Positions 1 to 8,530 of a DNA stretch of 23,041 nucleotides are shown here, piece after piece. The DNA lies in assembly GCA_964409645.1 (NCBI GenBank), contig CAYPEK010000005.1, positions 43,939 to 66,979 of the forward strand, read 5' to 3'. Both the position numbers and the translations under genes were made by a program. Each line of letters opens with the position of its first letter. Within the stretch, counting starts at the first letter, position 1. The notes below the pieces were generated by a model that was not told the origin of the DNA, did no database searches, and saw nothing but the letters and a program-made list of their open reading frames with translations. Source of the stretch: an uncultured bacterium. Its GTDB lineage: Bacteria > UBP15 > UBA6099.

Positions 1-3000
1 CTGATCCGTGTAACCGCTGCACGATGTTCCCATATCCGTACACGACGTGCCGGTCCACGTGCAGGCGACGTCCGCGCCGCACGCATATTCGATAATGTAT
101 TCCGAGCAAGATGCAAGTTTGTCGAAGCAAGCACTGATGCTCCCGCTCCAGATGCAGGTCGTGCCGCCGATGCAGCTTGTCTCATCCGAGTAACTCGAAC
201 AACTCGCGGCCGACATTTCGCAGAGGTTGCCGGAGCCGCAAATACCGGAGTTGCATTCCGTTCCGCTTGTGCACGCGCATCCGATCGGATACGGCGGAGA
301 GATCGGGCAAAGCTCGCAGTACGCGTTAGTCTGATCCCACCAGCACGTCGGGTCGGAAACGCAACCGGTTTCCGCATACGATGTGCACGCGTTGGTCATC
401 ACACAGAAGGCGCCCGTCCACGTGCAGGTTGCATCGTTCATGCAGGTCGTCTGGTCCATATAGCTCGCGCAGGTCGATACGCCGATCGCCTCGCAGGAAG
501 TACCGTTCCACGTGCATTCGGTATCCGTGTTACAGGATGTCTCGTAAATATATCCGGTGCAGTCGGCCAGATCTTGGTCGCACTGCGTACTCAAGGCATT
601 CCAATTGCAGTTCGCATCCGCCTCGCAGGTTGCCTGATCCGTATAGCTTATGCATCCACCTGTGAGCGAAACGCAGTCCGTTCCGTTAAACGTGCAGAAC
701 GCGCCGTGCATGTTACACCACATCGTGTCAGCCGACAGGTATGAGCACTGGCTGACGGCGTCTGTGAACTCTTGGCAGGTCGAATAATCTGTATTCCAGT
801 AACAACTGGCCGAATAAGTGTTGCAGGAAGCCTGATCCGTGATGGACCCGCAGCCTGAGCCGCCGTTCATCACACACAGCGAGTACCCGCTGTCCCACGC
901 GCAGTAGGAGTCCGAAGTACAGGTTGTCTCATCTGTGTAGTTCTGGCAGCAGTCGAGCGGGCAGTACATCGTCGATTCGCCGGGTTCACAACTCGTATTC
1001 CCACATGTCGGCTGGTTCATGCATGAATAGTTGCCGAAGCCGTCGTTCATGCAGACGTACGGGTCGCAGCAGGAGCCGCCGGACATACAATCAACTCCGT
1101 ATGCGAGGCATGCCGTGCCTACGTTGCAAGTGGACAATCCACTGTCCCACACACATCCGTAAGATACGTTGTTTGCAGTACAATCAACTTCATTAAGAAT
1201 CGAAGCACAGAATGCCGCGCTTACTCCGAGACATTCCGTCCCGTTGTACGTACAGATACTGTGCGTTCCGCATGCCGTCTGATCGAAGTACATGCACTGA
1301 GCTTCGTTATACAAGCCTTCGCACCATGTGCTTTCCCACACACACGCCACGTCGGCGTTGCACGCCACCTGATCCACGTAGTTCGTGCAGCTTGTCAGCG
1401 AACCACCGGCGTAGCACTTCGATTCCGTACCGTTCCAAGAACAATAGACGTCGGAGCTGCACGAAGTTTCATCAGGGTACGACAAGCAGCAGTCGCTCGG
1501 GCAAGTGATAGTTGTTTCCGTCCCGCTGCAGACTGTGTCGCCGCAGACCGTCGCATCCGTACAGGACGAAACTCCGTAGCCGTTATCCAAGCAAACGAAC
1601 GGCGAGCAGCAGGTGCCGCCGCTTGTGCAGTCCGCGCCGTACGTGATACAAGCTACTCCGCCCACGTCGCAAGATGTGCCGTTCCACGTGCATCCGTACG
1701 TGCCGGCCGCATTCACGCAATCCGTCTCGTTCGTAATCACCTGACAGGCTGCTGCGTTGATTCCAACACAATACGTTGTGAAAGTGCAGTAGCCGCCGTG
1801 CAGGCTGCTGCAATTTGTTTCGTCGAAATACATGCACTGGGCTTCTCCCGTGAATTCCGTGCAGTAAGTGCTTTCCCACACGCAGCCGGAGTTCCCGTTG
1901 CATTCGGTCTGATTCGCATAAGCCGAGCATCCGGAACTCGAAACAACACACGCGCTGTATTCAGTGAGCCACGTGCAGTTCGAATCCGTGGTGCATGACG
2001 TTTCGTCAGTGTATCCGGTGCACTGCGGGCCGCCTGCGTAGCATGACGTGCCGTCCCACGTGCAGTACGTGCCGTGTATCGTGCACCAGTTCGAGTCGCC
2101 GCTGAAGAAGCCGCAGTTGGCCGAATCATAGAACTCCATACAACCCGATACGCCGTCATAGTAACACGATGAATTGTTATTGCAGCTCGCCTGATCCGTG
2201 TACGCCGAGCAGCCGATTGCGCCGCCCGCCACACACTGCGAGTTTCCGGTGTCCCACGAGCAATAGACGTCGGAAGAACAAGTAGCCTCATCCGCCAAAG
2301 ACGGGCAGCAGTCCATCGGGCAGTACATCGTCGTTTCGCCGCCGTTGCAGGCCGCGTCGCCGCAGAATGTCGATTCAACACAAGAGGATACTCCGTAGCC
2401 GTTATCGACACAGGAGTACGGATAGCAGCAGGTGCCGCCGCTCGTGCAGTCCGTGCCTAACGAGAGGCATGAGCCGGTCGAACAAGTCGATGTCTCAGTG
2501 CTCCACGTGCATCCGTAGCTTGTGCACATAGCTTCATCGGTCGCCATAGAGCAATCAACAACCGACTGGGCCACTCCGCAGTAAGTATAAGTGTAATCCC
2601 ACTGGCAATTCGTGTCCGCTCCGCATGTGGCTTCGTCCATATGTTGCGAGCAGATACCGGCCTGCGTGAAGTGGCAGTAGCTGTTTGTGGCATCCCATTC
2701 GCAGCGCTCCATCATGTCATTCAAGCAGTCTGATTCATTAGCATGTATAAGTTGGCAATCGCCGTAGTTCGTATAGCAGTTGCCGGCCGTGTAGTTCCAC
2801 CCACAGTTAAAACTTACCTGACAAGTCGATTGATCCGTCACCGATTCACACAGAACCTCATTCGCGCAGACGTATCCGCTGGTTGTTTCCGTACAGACAC
2901 CGTTGCAGCATCCGACCGTTCCGCCGGGCACACAGCCCTGTCCCGCAGGCACGCATGTTCCGTTGTTCGTGAAGCAGAGCCCGTATGTAGTATCCCATAC

Positions 3001-5700
3001 GCAACTCAGATTTCCTTCGCATGTTGTCTGATCCGTCACCACGTTGCAGCCGTCCACCGGTACGCAGGATTCGACCATCCACGTGCAAGCGGAATTTGTG
3101 GAGCACGATGCGCTGTCGGAGTAGGCTTCGCATCCGGAGCCGCAATCGGTCGATTGTTCTCCGTTGCAGCAGACTCCGTCGCCCACCGTCAGATCGCAGC
3201 TCACGCACGTGTTATTTGTCTTATCACATGCCATGTAAGCTCCGCACTGATAATTATCCATGCAGTAACCTGCCGGGCATCCTTCATTGTCGGGGATTCC
3301 GGCGACATCCGGACACATATCGCACACATCCGGAAGAAGGTCGTTATCCATGTTCGCGGGTCTCGTGCTGACGCAGACGAAGCCGTTGCAGACGTCGCAG
3401 TACGCGCCGCTTGCATTGCCTACGCATTGTTCGTCAGTGAGGCACTGGACTGAACAGCCGTTGTTATAGGTGGAGCCGGCTTCCGTCGGACACGAGTCGC
3501 AGGAATCCGGGATTCCGTCCGTATCTGCGTCAGTCGGCTCAGTCGCCGCGCACATCCCCGTGCACTCATCATAGATTCCGCTGCAGCAGTCAGCCGGACC
3601 GAGAGCGGGCATCCCCGATTCGATACAGGCACAGTCGTTCGCGCACCAGCCGGCCGATTCGCCCGCCTCGCATACGCCGTCGAGGTCGCACATGCAGTCC
3701 TGCGGGCATGTGGCGTTATCTTCGGTCCCTTGGTCGAACCCGCAGAACCCGTCTCCGCAAACCGCGGCGCAGTCATTGCACCAATATTTGCTTTCATTCG
3801 AATCGCAGTAGCCGCTGAAATCGCAAGCGCAGTCGCTCGCGCACGAGAATGTTGTTTCACCGTTGTAATATTCACAAACACTATCGTTGTCGCACGTTGC
3901 AGTCGTCGAAGAAGATTTACACACCATCATCATCAGCGCCGAATCCAGCTCGCAGACGTTTGTCGCATCGCAGCAATCCGCCGCCGTTGCGCATGTTTCA
4001 TAAAGGCCGCTGCACACCGGGCAACCGCCGCTTGCGAGCGTTCCGGGAGCACACGGGCAGCCGTCTTGGCTGTTGATGACCGTGTCCGCGTCGCAGTCGC
4101 CGCTCGCCACCGAGAAGCTGCACCCGTTCGAGCATGTCGTTATAGTGCTGCCGCTACAGTCCACCGTACAACTGTTGACGCTTAATTCATAAGCATCACA
4201 GTAGCCGTCGCCGCACTTGCAGTCCGCCGGACAGCTCTGTGCTGTTTCCATATAATCACAAACTCCGTTGCTGTTGCATTCGCCCGAAACAGGTTCGCAG
4301 ACACCTGATACTGAGTTACAGAATGACGAAACAGTCTGGCTGCATTCGCTGGTGCTTGTGCAGGCACAGCCGAACGCCTTCGGGGCTATCGAGCATTCAT
4401 CCCTTACCGGACAAGTCTTTGTTGCCAAGTCGAGCGCGCTGCCATCGTAGCAGATACACCCGCCGGCGTCGTAGTCCGGATAGGAGTCCGCGGGGCAGGT
4501 ACAGTAGGAATTACTGTACGTATCCGGAGACATCCCAGCCGGGCAGGCCGCCGTGCATTCGCCTGTCAGCGGATTGATGTAAGGAGTCGCCGCGCCACAG
4601 ACACATGTGCCGGTGGTGTCCGGCACCATGCCCGTCGGACAGCCGTTCGAGCATGCGCCGCTGTCCGGGTCGAGATAAGTGCCTGTCGGGCACACGCAGG
4701 TCTTAGTTTCAGTATTAGCAACACGCGGCGACGGGCATGCCGTCACGCACGAGCCGTAAAATTCATCGAGGAAATATCCGGTGGGGCACGAAGTTGCGGC
4801 CGCCGGGCAGAAGTTATTCTGCGCCGAGCCGTACATGCAGGGGCATTCGTCCGCCGTGTTCGCCGCGCCGTCCGAATCGCAGTCCGTTTTCGTTGTGCTC
4901 AACAGATCGCAGCCTTCGGCATCCGTACCGGCCGGGCAGAGCTTCTGCGCCACTCCGGTATCGCTTACCTGAACACCGGTCTGGTTGACGCACGGTTCCG
5001 TTCCGTTCGCGACTTCAACCGAGTTCGTGATTCCGTCCGCGTCGCAGTCGCCGCTGCCTACCATGTAGTCGCAGCCCGCGCCCGCCGTGCCGGACGGACA
5101 AATTGTTGTGGATACCGTGGAAACGCATTTCTTTGCGTAGAAATCGAGATACATCGATGTCGCGCCCGAGGGGCACACGCAGAGGCCGTCTATCGCGTCG
5201 CCTACCTGACCGCCCGAGCATGTCGCCACGCATTTGCTCTGAAGTTCGTCGTAGTACGGCGTGCTCGCCGGGTTGCATATACATGAGTTAGTTGCGGTGT
5301 CAACTATGAATCCGTTCGCTGTCGGACATGAAGCTACCGACACGCAGTAATCTTCCGGCCCGAGAATCGTTCCGTTCGGGCAGTAACACGTACCGGTCGT
5401 GGTGTCCGCAACCTGTCCGCCCGTGCACGTATCCACGCACGCGCCGACCGCTTCGTCGAACACCTTTCCGCCGCATCTCGTATATGCCGGCATCTCGCAC
5501 ACCATCAGCGTCGAGTTCCACACCGTGCCGGAGGGGCACATGCATGTGCCGTCGGAGGCTTTCACCTGACCGCCGATACACGTTGTGGTCGCCGTCGTCG
5601 ATGTAACCTGCGTATAGAATGAAGAACACTTGCTTGTCGCAGCGTTCCAGTAGCAGTTCGTGTCCGTTTCGCAAGTTGTCTTGGTTGTAAGTGTTACGCA
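1..5700 (-). repeat. Array of diverged cysteine-rich protein repeats (unrecognised family) forming the bulk of the giant protein; continues beyond the window
   Basis: Recurrent roughly 40-45 aa modules of the form C-x-x-Y-x-D-x-x-x-C-x(5-9)-C-x-W-x(6-8)-C, e.g. CSAYTDQASCNNNSSCYYDGVSGC, CTGYTDETSCTTDSNCTWLTEYSAC, CSSYSDETSCIGGTTCIWSGSISAC. These are interleaved with a second module, CTSGGTCC-x-P-x-x-C-x-DNGYG-x-x-SC...C-P-x-DCC, that recurs three times, centred near nt 2435, 1610 and 1070. DNA copies are only about 70% identical, so these are old protein-level repeats, not recent duplications. Confidence 0.75.
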
Positions 5701-8211
5701 GCTTGACGGCTTGCTTGCCGCGTTCAGCGGATCGTAAACCGACTCGACTTCGTACTTATCGGTGAACCCGTCGCCGTCGGTGTCTTTATTATAAGGATTA
5801 GTTCCTATCGCCAATTCCTGAGAGTTCGAAAGTCCGTCCGAGTCGCAGTCGCCGGAGGGATTCGCCACCGCGTCGCACTTAGCCGCGCAGGCCGGGTCTG
5901 ACTTCGTGATCGTCACCGCGCTGTTGAACGCGTTGCAGTCCACGCCGTTCAGAACGAGGTCGCCGTCGCAGTCCGCGTATGGATCGGAGTTGTTGCAGCC
6001 GCAAAGCGTGTCTTCGTCCACCTTGCCGTCGCCGTCGTTGTCGATCCCGTCCTGAGATTCCTCGTCAGCCTTACCGTCGCGGTCGTTGTCCTTTGCGTCT
6101 CCGCAAACCATGTTGACGAGCACGCACGAACCGGCGGTCGAGCCGGCCGTTGTGTAAACCCACTGGCAACCCACGGACGCGAAGCACGTGTCCTTAGTCG
6201 TCAGCGCCGAGCATCCCGTCGCGGTTGACATGTTGGCGGGCGCGTCCTCGTCGATCAGACCGTCGAAGTCGTTGTCGATCCCGTCTATGGGGTCTTCGCC
6301 GATACGGCCGTCGCAGTCGTTGTCGATCCCGTCGCCCGGCGTCATTGTCGTTATCGACGGAATGCACGAGAAGCTGTTGATGATAACCGAAGCCACGGCG
6401 CTCTTGCCGCCGGGGATGTCCGCTTCAACCGTGAGCGGATTCTTCGGTCCTGTCTGAATCTGCATTTCCGCCTGAGCGTAATACTTACCGTCGCTCGCCG
6501 CGCCGGAGAGTCCGGTGATCGGCATCAGCGTCGAGTTACCATAAAGCGTTCCGGCGTCATCGTGGAAATTCACGAGCAAAGCGCCCGAGAACGCACTTGC
6601 CGATTTAACAACCACTCTCGCCTTGACCCCCGTCAGCCCGTTCTGCCACACGCGGGTCGGCGTGAGCGTCAGGCTCACATCCTCGATCACGAGTCCGAGC
6701 GCCGCGGCGTCCGTCGTCGCGCCCGAGTTCACTATCACTCTCGTTTCCTGCCCATACTGATCTTTCGCTACAAATTCGATCGATTTCGTGCAGTCTTTGA
6801 GGAACAATCCCACTCTCTCGAACATACCGTTGTCGAATTTCAATTGGGAATCGTTCAGAAGATTCGTTCCGTCCATTATCAACGACGCGCCCGGCGTAAC
6901 CGTTCCCGAAATGTTGACGTACGGGCAAGCCGTGAAACCTTCCGACGGGCTGTTGATCGTGAGTTCCGGCGGCCCTACCACATCGAGACTCACCGTCTGC
7001 GCCGCCGAGCATTCGATATTCTGCGCCGAGCACTCAACCGGAATGCTCAGTTCGCCCGCCGCGCCGAACGATACCTCGCCCGAGAACGAACCGCTTGCGT
7101 TCGCCTGAACCGTGGCATCGCCGATCTTGCATGTCGCGCCGGGAACTGTCGTTCCTTCAACCACCACCGAAGCGGCCGAAAGCGCAATCTCCGTAACATC
7201 CGGTTTGCTTATCGATACTTTACATTCTATTTCCGTTGTGCCGGTGGCCGTCTCCACCTTGGCCGTCGCGGTCGCGGTTCCGGTTGTTGTGTCAACCGTC
7301 GCCGTGCCTGTTGCCGATTCGACCTTGTCGAGCGGCTTGCCCACGCAGCGTCCGTTTGCTCCGCAGTCCTGACTGCAACATTCCGAGTTAGCGGCGCACG
7401 CGTCACCGTTCGGGATGCACGCCGTCGCCACCGCCTGCACTGTGCAAACGTTGTCCACGCAACTCTTCGAACAGCACTGCCCGTTGTTCTCGCAGGCCTG
7501 CGATGCCGGAAGGCAGGCGCCGCTCTTGAGCGCGTTGCTCTCGCCGGCGCACTGGCCGTTGTCGCACCTGCCGGACGCGCAGTCGTTATTGTCGTCGCAT
7601 TTATCTATTTCTTCATTAGTGACTTTTTTGGGCGGAGCCGGCGGCTGGCCTGAGTTGACCGATACCTGCTCGCCTCCCGTCGCCGTCACCGTCTGGCCCT
7701 GCGACGTTACGTCCATGATGCCGTCACGCACCGTTACGTTAGTTGTGTTCTCGGGAGTGTTCTCGATATCGCCTTCCGTTCCGCGAACACCGGCGACCGC
7801 CGTAGGGGTCGTAACCTTGAACGATGAATTCGGGTTCTGAAGCTTTTCCGCTTTCAGCTTTACTTTCCCCGAAAACAGATCGACATCCGTCTTCACCGTT
7901 TTAGTCTTCGGATCGATGTCGATGTTCTTCACCACGAAATTGGTGAACGGCGTGAGCTTGATTGTGTTCTGTGAGCTCCATTTGACAACCGCGGATGATT
8001 TCGCGCCCGTCTTAACGGCTGTGCCGTTAGGCAACAGCATATTATCTTTTGCCGCTTGCCAACTCCCTCCCGGCAGCATGACCTGAACGTCGCCGCTGAT
8101 AGCGGTCAGGGTCGCGCTGACGGGGATGGCGCGCAGCTTCACGGGGACTATCACTGCAATGGCAATAAGTACCATTGCAAGCAAAACCCATTTCATGCGC
8201 TTTTTACACAT
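1..8211 (-). CDS. Giant secreted cysteine-rich modular repeat protein, 5' portion only (at least 2,737 aa in window; C-terminus lies beyond the window start). Order of parts: signal peptide, FecR-like domain, CC-containing Cys-knot-like modules, Thr/Gly-rich beta-rich (Ig-like?) region, thrombospondin-type-3-like Ca-binding repeats, long array of Cys-rich repeats of unrecognised type.
   Basis: Reading the minus strand in the frame whose codons end at positions divisible by 3: ATG at 8211 (revcomp of cat 8209-8211) is preceded by GGGAGGG 5 nt upstream (revcomp of 8217-8223), with an in-frame stop just upstream at 8227-8229. A second in-frame ATG lies at 8196. The N-terminus reads MCKKRMKWVLLAMVLIAIAVIVPVKLRA, a charged n-region followed by a hydrophobic core, i.e. 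a signal peptide. I translated the whole frame by hand from 8211 down to position 1 and met no stop. This agrees with the ORF track, which shows no minus-strand ORF in that frame anywhere in 1..8211; the track demonstrably omits ORFs that run off the window edge. Hand-checked segments, e.g. nt 1-120, give ...KLASCSEYIIEYACGADVACTWTGTSCTDMGTSCSGYTDQ. Codon third positions are G/C-rich like the neighbouring genes. The high density of gca/aca triplets on the plus strand is the reverse complement of tgc/tgt Cys codons. Confidence 0.85.
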   Translation of the reverse strand, partial: MCKKRMKWVLLAMVLIAIAVIVPVKLRAIPVSATLTAISGDVQVMLPGGSWQAAKDNMLLPNGTAVKTGAKSSAVVKWSSQNTIKLTPFTNFVVKNIDIDPKTKTVKTDVDLFSGKVKLKAEKLQNPNSSFKVTTPTAVAGVRGTEGDIENTPENTTNVTVRDGIMDVTSQGQTVTATGGEQVSVNSGQPPAPPKKVTNEEIDKCDDNNDCASGRCDNGQCAGESNALKSGACLPASQACENNGQCCSKSCVDNVCTVQAVATACIPNGDACAANSECCSQDCGANGRCVGKPLDKVESATGTATVDTTTGTATATAKVETATGTTEIECKVSISKPDVTEIALSAASVVVEGTTVPGATCKIGDATVQANASGSFSGEVSFGAAGELSIPVECSAQNIECSAAQTVSLDVVGPPELTINSPSEGFTACPYVNISGTVTPGASLIMDGTNLLNDSQLKFDNGMFERVGLFLKDCTKSIEFVAKDQYGQETRVIVNSGATTDAAALGLVIEDVSLTLTPTRVWQNGLTGVKARVVVKSASAFSGALLVNFHDDAGTLYGNSTLMPITGLSGAASDGKYYAQAEMQIQTGPKNPLTVEADIPGGKSAVASVIINSFSCIPSITTMTPGDGIDNDCDGRIGEDPIDGIDNDFDGLIDEDAPANMSTATGCSALTTKDTCFASVGCQWVYTTAGSTAGSCVLVNMVCGDAKDNDRDGKADEESQDGIDNDGDGKVDEDTLCGCNNSDPYADCDGDLVLNGVDCNAFNSAVTITKSDPACAAKCDAVANPSGDCDSDGLSNSQELAIGTNPYNKDTDGDGFTDKYEVESVYDPLNAASKPSSCVTLTTKTTCETDTNCYWNAATSKCSSFYTQVTSTTATTTCIGGQVKASDGTCMCPSGTVWNSTLMVCEMPAYTRCGGKVFDEAVGACVDTCTGGQVADTTTGTCYCPNGTILGPEDYCVSVASCPTANGFIVDTATNSCICNPASTPYYDELQSKCVATCSGGQVGDAIDGLCVCPSGATSMYLDFYAKKCVSTVSTTICPSGTAGAGCDYMVGSGDCDADGITNSVEVANGTEPCVNQTGVQVSDTGVAQKLCPAGTDAEGCDLLSTTKTDCDSDGAANTADECPCMYGSAQNNFCPAAATSCPTGYFLDEFYGSCVTACPSPRVANTETKTCVCPTGTYLDPDSGACSNGCPTGMVPDTTGTCVCGAATPYINPLTGECTAACPAGMSPDTYSNSYCTCPADSYPDYDAGGCICYDGSALDLATKTCPVRDECSIAPKAFGCACTSTSECSQTVSSFCNSVSGVCEPVSGECNSNGVCDYMETAQSCPADCKCGDGYCDAYELSVNSCTVDCSGSTITTCSNGCSFSVASGDCDADTVINSQDGCPCAPGTLASGGCPVCSGLYETCATAADCCDATNVCELDSALMMMVCKSSSTTATCDNDSVCEYYNGETTFSCASDCACDFSGYCDSNESKYWCNDCAAVCGDGFCGFDQGTEDNATCPQDCMCDLDGVCEAGESAGWCANDCACIESGMPALGPADCCSGIYDECTGMCAATEPTDADTDGIPDSCDSCPTEAGSTYNNGCSVQCLTDEQCVGNASGAYCDVCNGFVCVSTRPANMDNDLLPDVCDMCPDVAGIPDNEGCPAGYCMDNYQCGAYMACDKTNNTCVSCDLTVGDGVCCNGEQSTDCGSGCEAYSDSASCSTNSACTWMVESCVPVDGCNVVTDQTTCEGNLSCVWDTTYGLCFTNNGTCVPAGQGCVPGGTVGCCNGVCTETTSGYVCANEVLCESVTDQSTCQVSFNCGWNYTAGNCYTNYGDCQLIHANESDCLNDMMERCEWDATNSYCHFTQAGICSQHMDEATCGADTNCQWDYTYTYCGVAQSVVDCSMATDEAMCTSYGCTWSTETSTCSTGSCLSLGTDCTSGGTCCYPYSCVDNGYGVSSCVESTFCGDAACNGGETTMYCPMDCCPSLADEATCSSDVYCSWDTGNSQCVAGGAIGCSAYTDQASCNNNSSCYYDGVSGCMEFYDSANCGFFSGDSNWCTIHGTYCTWDGTSCYAGGPQCTGYTDETSCTTDSNCTWLTEYSACVVSSSGCSAYANQTECNGNSGCVWESTYCTEFTGEAQCMYFDETNCSSLHGGYCTFTTYCVGINAAACQVITNETDCVNAAGTYGCTWNGTSCDVGGVACITYGADCTSGGTCCSPFVCLDNGYGVSSCTDATVCGDTVCSGTETTITCPSDCCLSYPDETSCSSDVYCSWNGTESKCYAGGSLTSCTNYVDQVACNADVACVWESTWCEGLYNEAQCMYFDQTACGTHSICTYNGTECLGVSAAFCASILNEVDCTANNVSYGCVWDSGLSTCNVGTACLAYGVDCMSGGSCCDPYVCMNDGFGNYSCMNQPTCGNTSCEPGESTMYCPLDCCQNYTDETTCTSDSYCAWDSGYSLCVMNGGSGCGSITDQASCNTYSASCYWNTDYSTCQEFTDAVSQCSYLSADTMWCNMHGAFCTFNGTDCVSLTGGCISYTDQATCEADANCNWNALSTQCDQDLADCTGYIYETSCNTDTECTWNGTSCEAIGVSTCASYMDQTTCMNDATCTWTGAFCVMTNACTSYAETGCVSDPTCWWDQTNAYCELCPISPPYPIGCACTSGTECNSGICGSGNLCEMSAASCSSYSDETSCIGGTTCIWSGSISACFDKLASCSEYIIEYACGADVACTWTGTSCTDMGTSCSGYTDQ
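5740..6345 (-). repeat. Thrombospondin-type-3-like Asp-rich calcium-binding repeats within the giant protein
   Basis: Translated motifs DGIDNDCDGRIGEDPIDGIDNDFDGLIDEDA, DNDRDGKADEESQDGIDNDGDGKVDEDTLC and GDCDSDGLSNSQELAIGTNPYNKDTDGDGFTDKYEVE. The D-x-D-x-D-G-x-x-D-x-x-D pattern is typical of TSP3 and OmpA-associated Ca-binding repeats. It shows on the plus strand as repeated gtcgccgtcgttgtcgatcccgtc-type runs. Confidence 0.65.
7642..8127 (-). other. FecR-like beta domain at the N-terminus of the giant protein
   Basis: Translated segment ...TAVKTGAKSSAVVKWSSQNTIKLTPFTNFVVKNIDIDPKTKTVKTDVDLFSGKVKLKAEKLQNPNSSFKVTTPTAVAGVRGTEGDIENTPENTTNVTVRDGIMDVTSQGQTVTATGGEQVSV. The alternating beta pattern with a central V-x-G-V-R-GT-E/F and a following V-x-V-x-x-G motif is what I recall of the FecR domain family (PF04773). 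Assignment is from memory, not from a search. Confidence 0.5.
8128..8211 (-). other. Predicted Sec signal peptide of the giant protein
   Basis: MCKKRMKWVLLAMVLIAIAVIVPVKLRA: basic n-region (KKRMK), about 18-residue hydrophobic h-region, A-x-A-like c-region (LRA). Exact cleavage site not determined. Confidence 0.6.
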
Positions 8212-8470
8212 AAATTCCCTCCCGATTTAATAAGGTTGTTTTTAGACAATGAAAAAATAATAATGCTGATACTATATTTGTTATTTTGAAGTTTATTCAA
8301 CATTATCACACAATCAAATCGAACATTACAATATATTTTACCACATAACAAGGTTTATGTGAAGTCCCTTTTTTTTCAGCCATTTATGGAACTTTTTTCC
8401 CTCCTTGCATGTCATAAATAAAAGGACATAAAAGTACGTCTTTAGTTTACCTATGATTTTATTGCTTGTC

Positions 8471-8510
8471 TGTGACCGGAGTCACTTTTTGGAGTGTGAT
8501 TATGGTCACG
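8471..8510. promoter_or_regulatory. Two tandem CRP-type operator boxes (TGTGA-N6-TCAC), 260-285 bp upstream of the giant gene start and about 20-60 bp past the stop of the Crp-family gene
   Basis: 8471-8486 is TGTGAccggagTCACt and 8495-8510 is TGTGAttatggTCACg. Each matches 9/10 of the E. coli CRP half-site pair TGTGA-N6-TCACA. Centres are 24 bp apart. The first box is followed by a T5 run. Confidence 0.45.
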
Positions 8511-8530
8511 CCCGGCTCCGAAAAAACGTT

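Noticed and set aside
1261-1998. Plus-strand ORF of 245 aa, with many other 60-360 aa ORFs on both strands within 1..8200 (e.g. 6562..7653 +, 2743..3453 +, 1737..2411 -)
   Set aside because: All lie in frames other than the single uninterrupted minus-strand frame of the giant gene. Their translations are Arg/Ala/Ser-rich low-complexity, typical of antisense or off-frame shadows of a GC-rich gene. None has a convincing RBS.
1-8211. Possibility that the giant ORF is really several genes or a pseudogene
   Set aside because: No in-frame stop anywhere in 8.2 kb, consistent codon bias throughout, a proper RBS and signal peptide at the 5' end, and continuous repeat architecture. A single intact gene is the simplest reading. 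The missing 3' end prevents full confirmation.
8471-8492. Hairpin gtgaccggagtcac followed by T5 read as a plus-strand intrinsic terminator
   Set aside because: No plus-strand gene ends upstream of it (the giant gene is on the minus strand). On the minus strand the stem is not followed by a U-run. The duplicated TGTGA-N6-TCAC geometry favours CRP-type operators, though a terminator role cannot be fully excluded.
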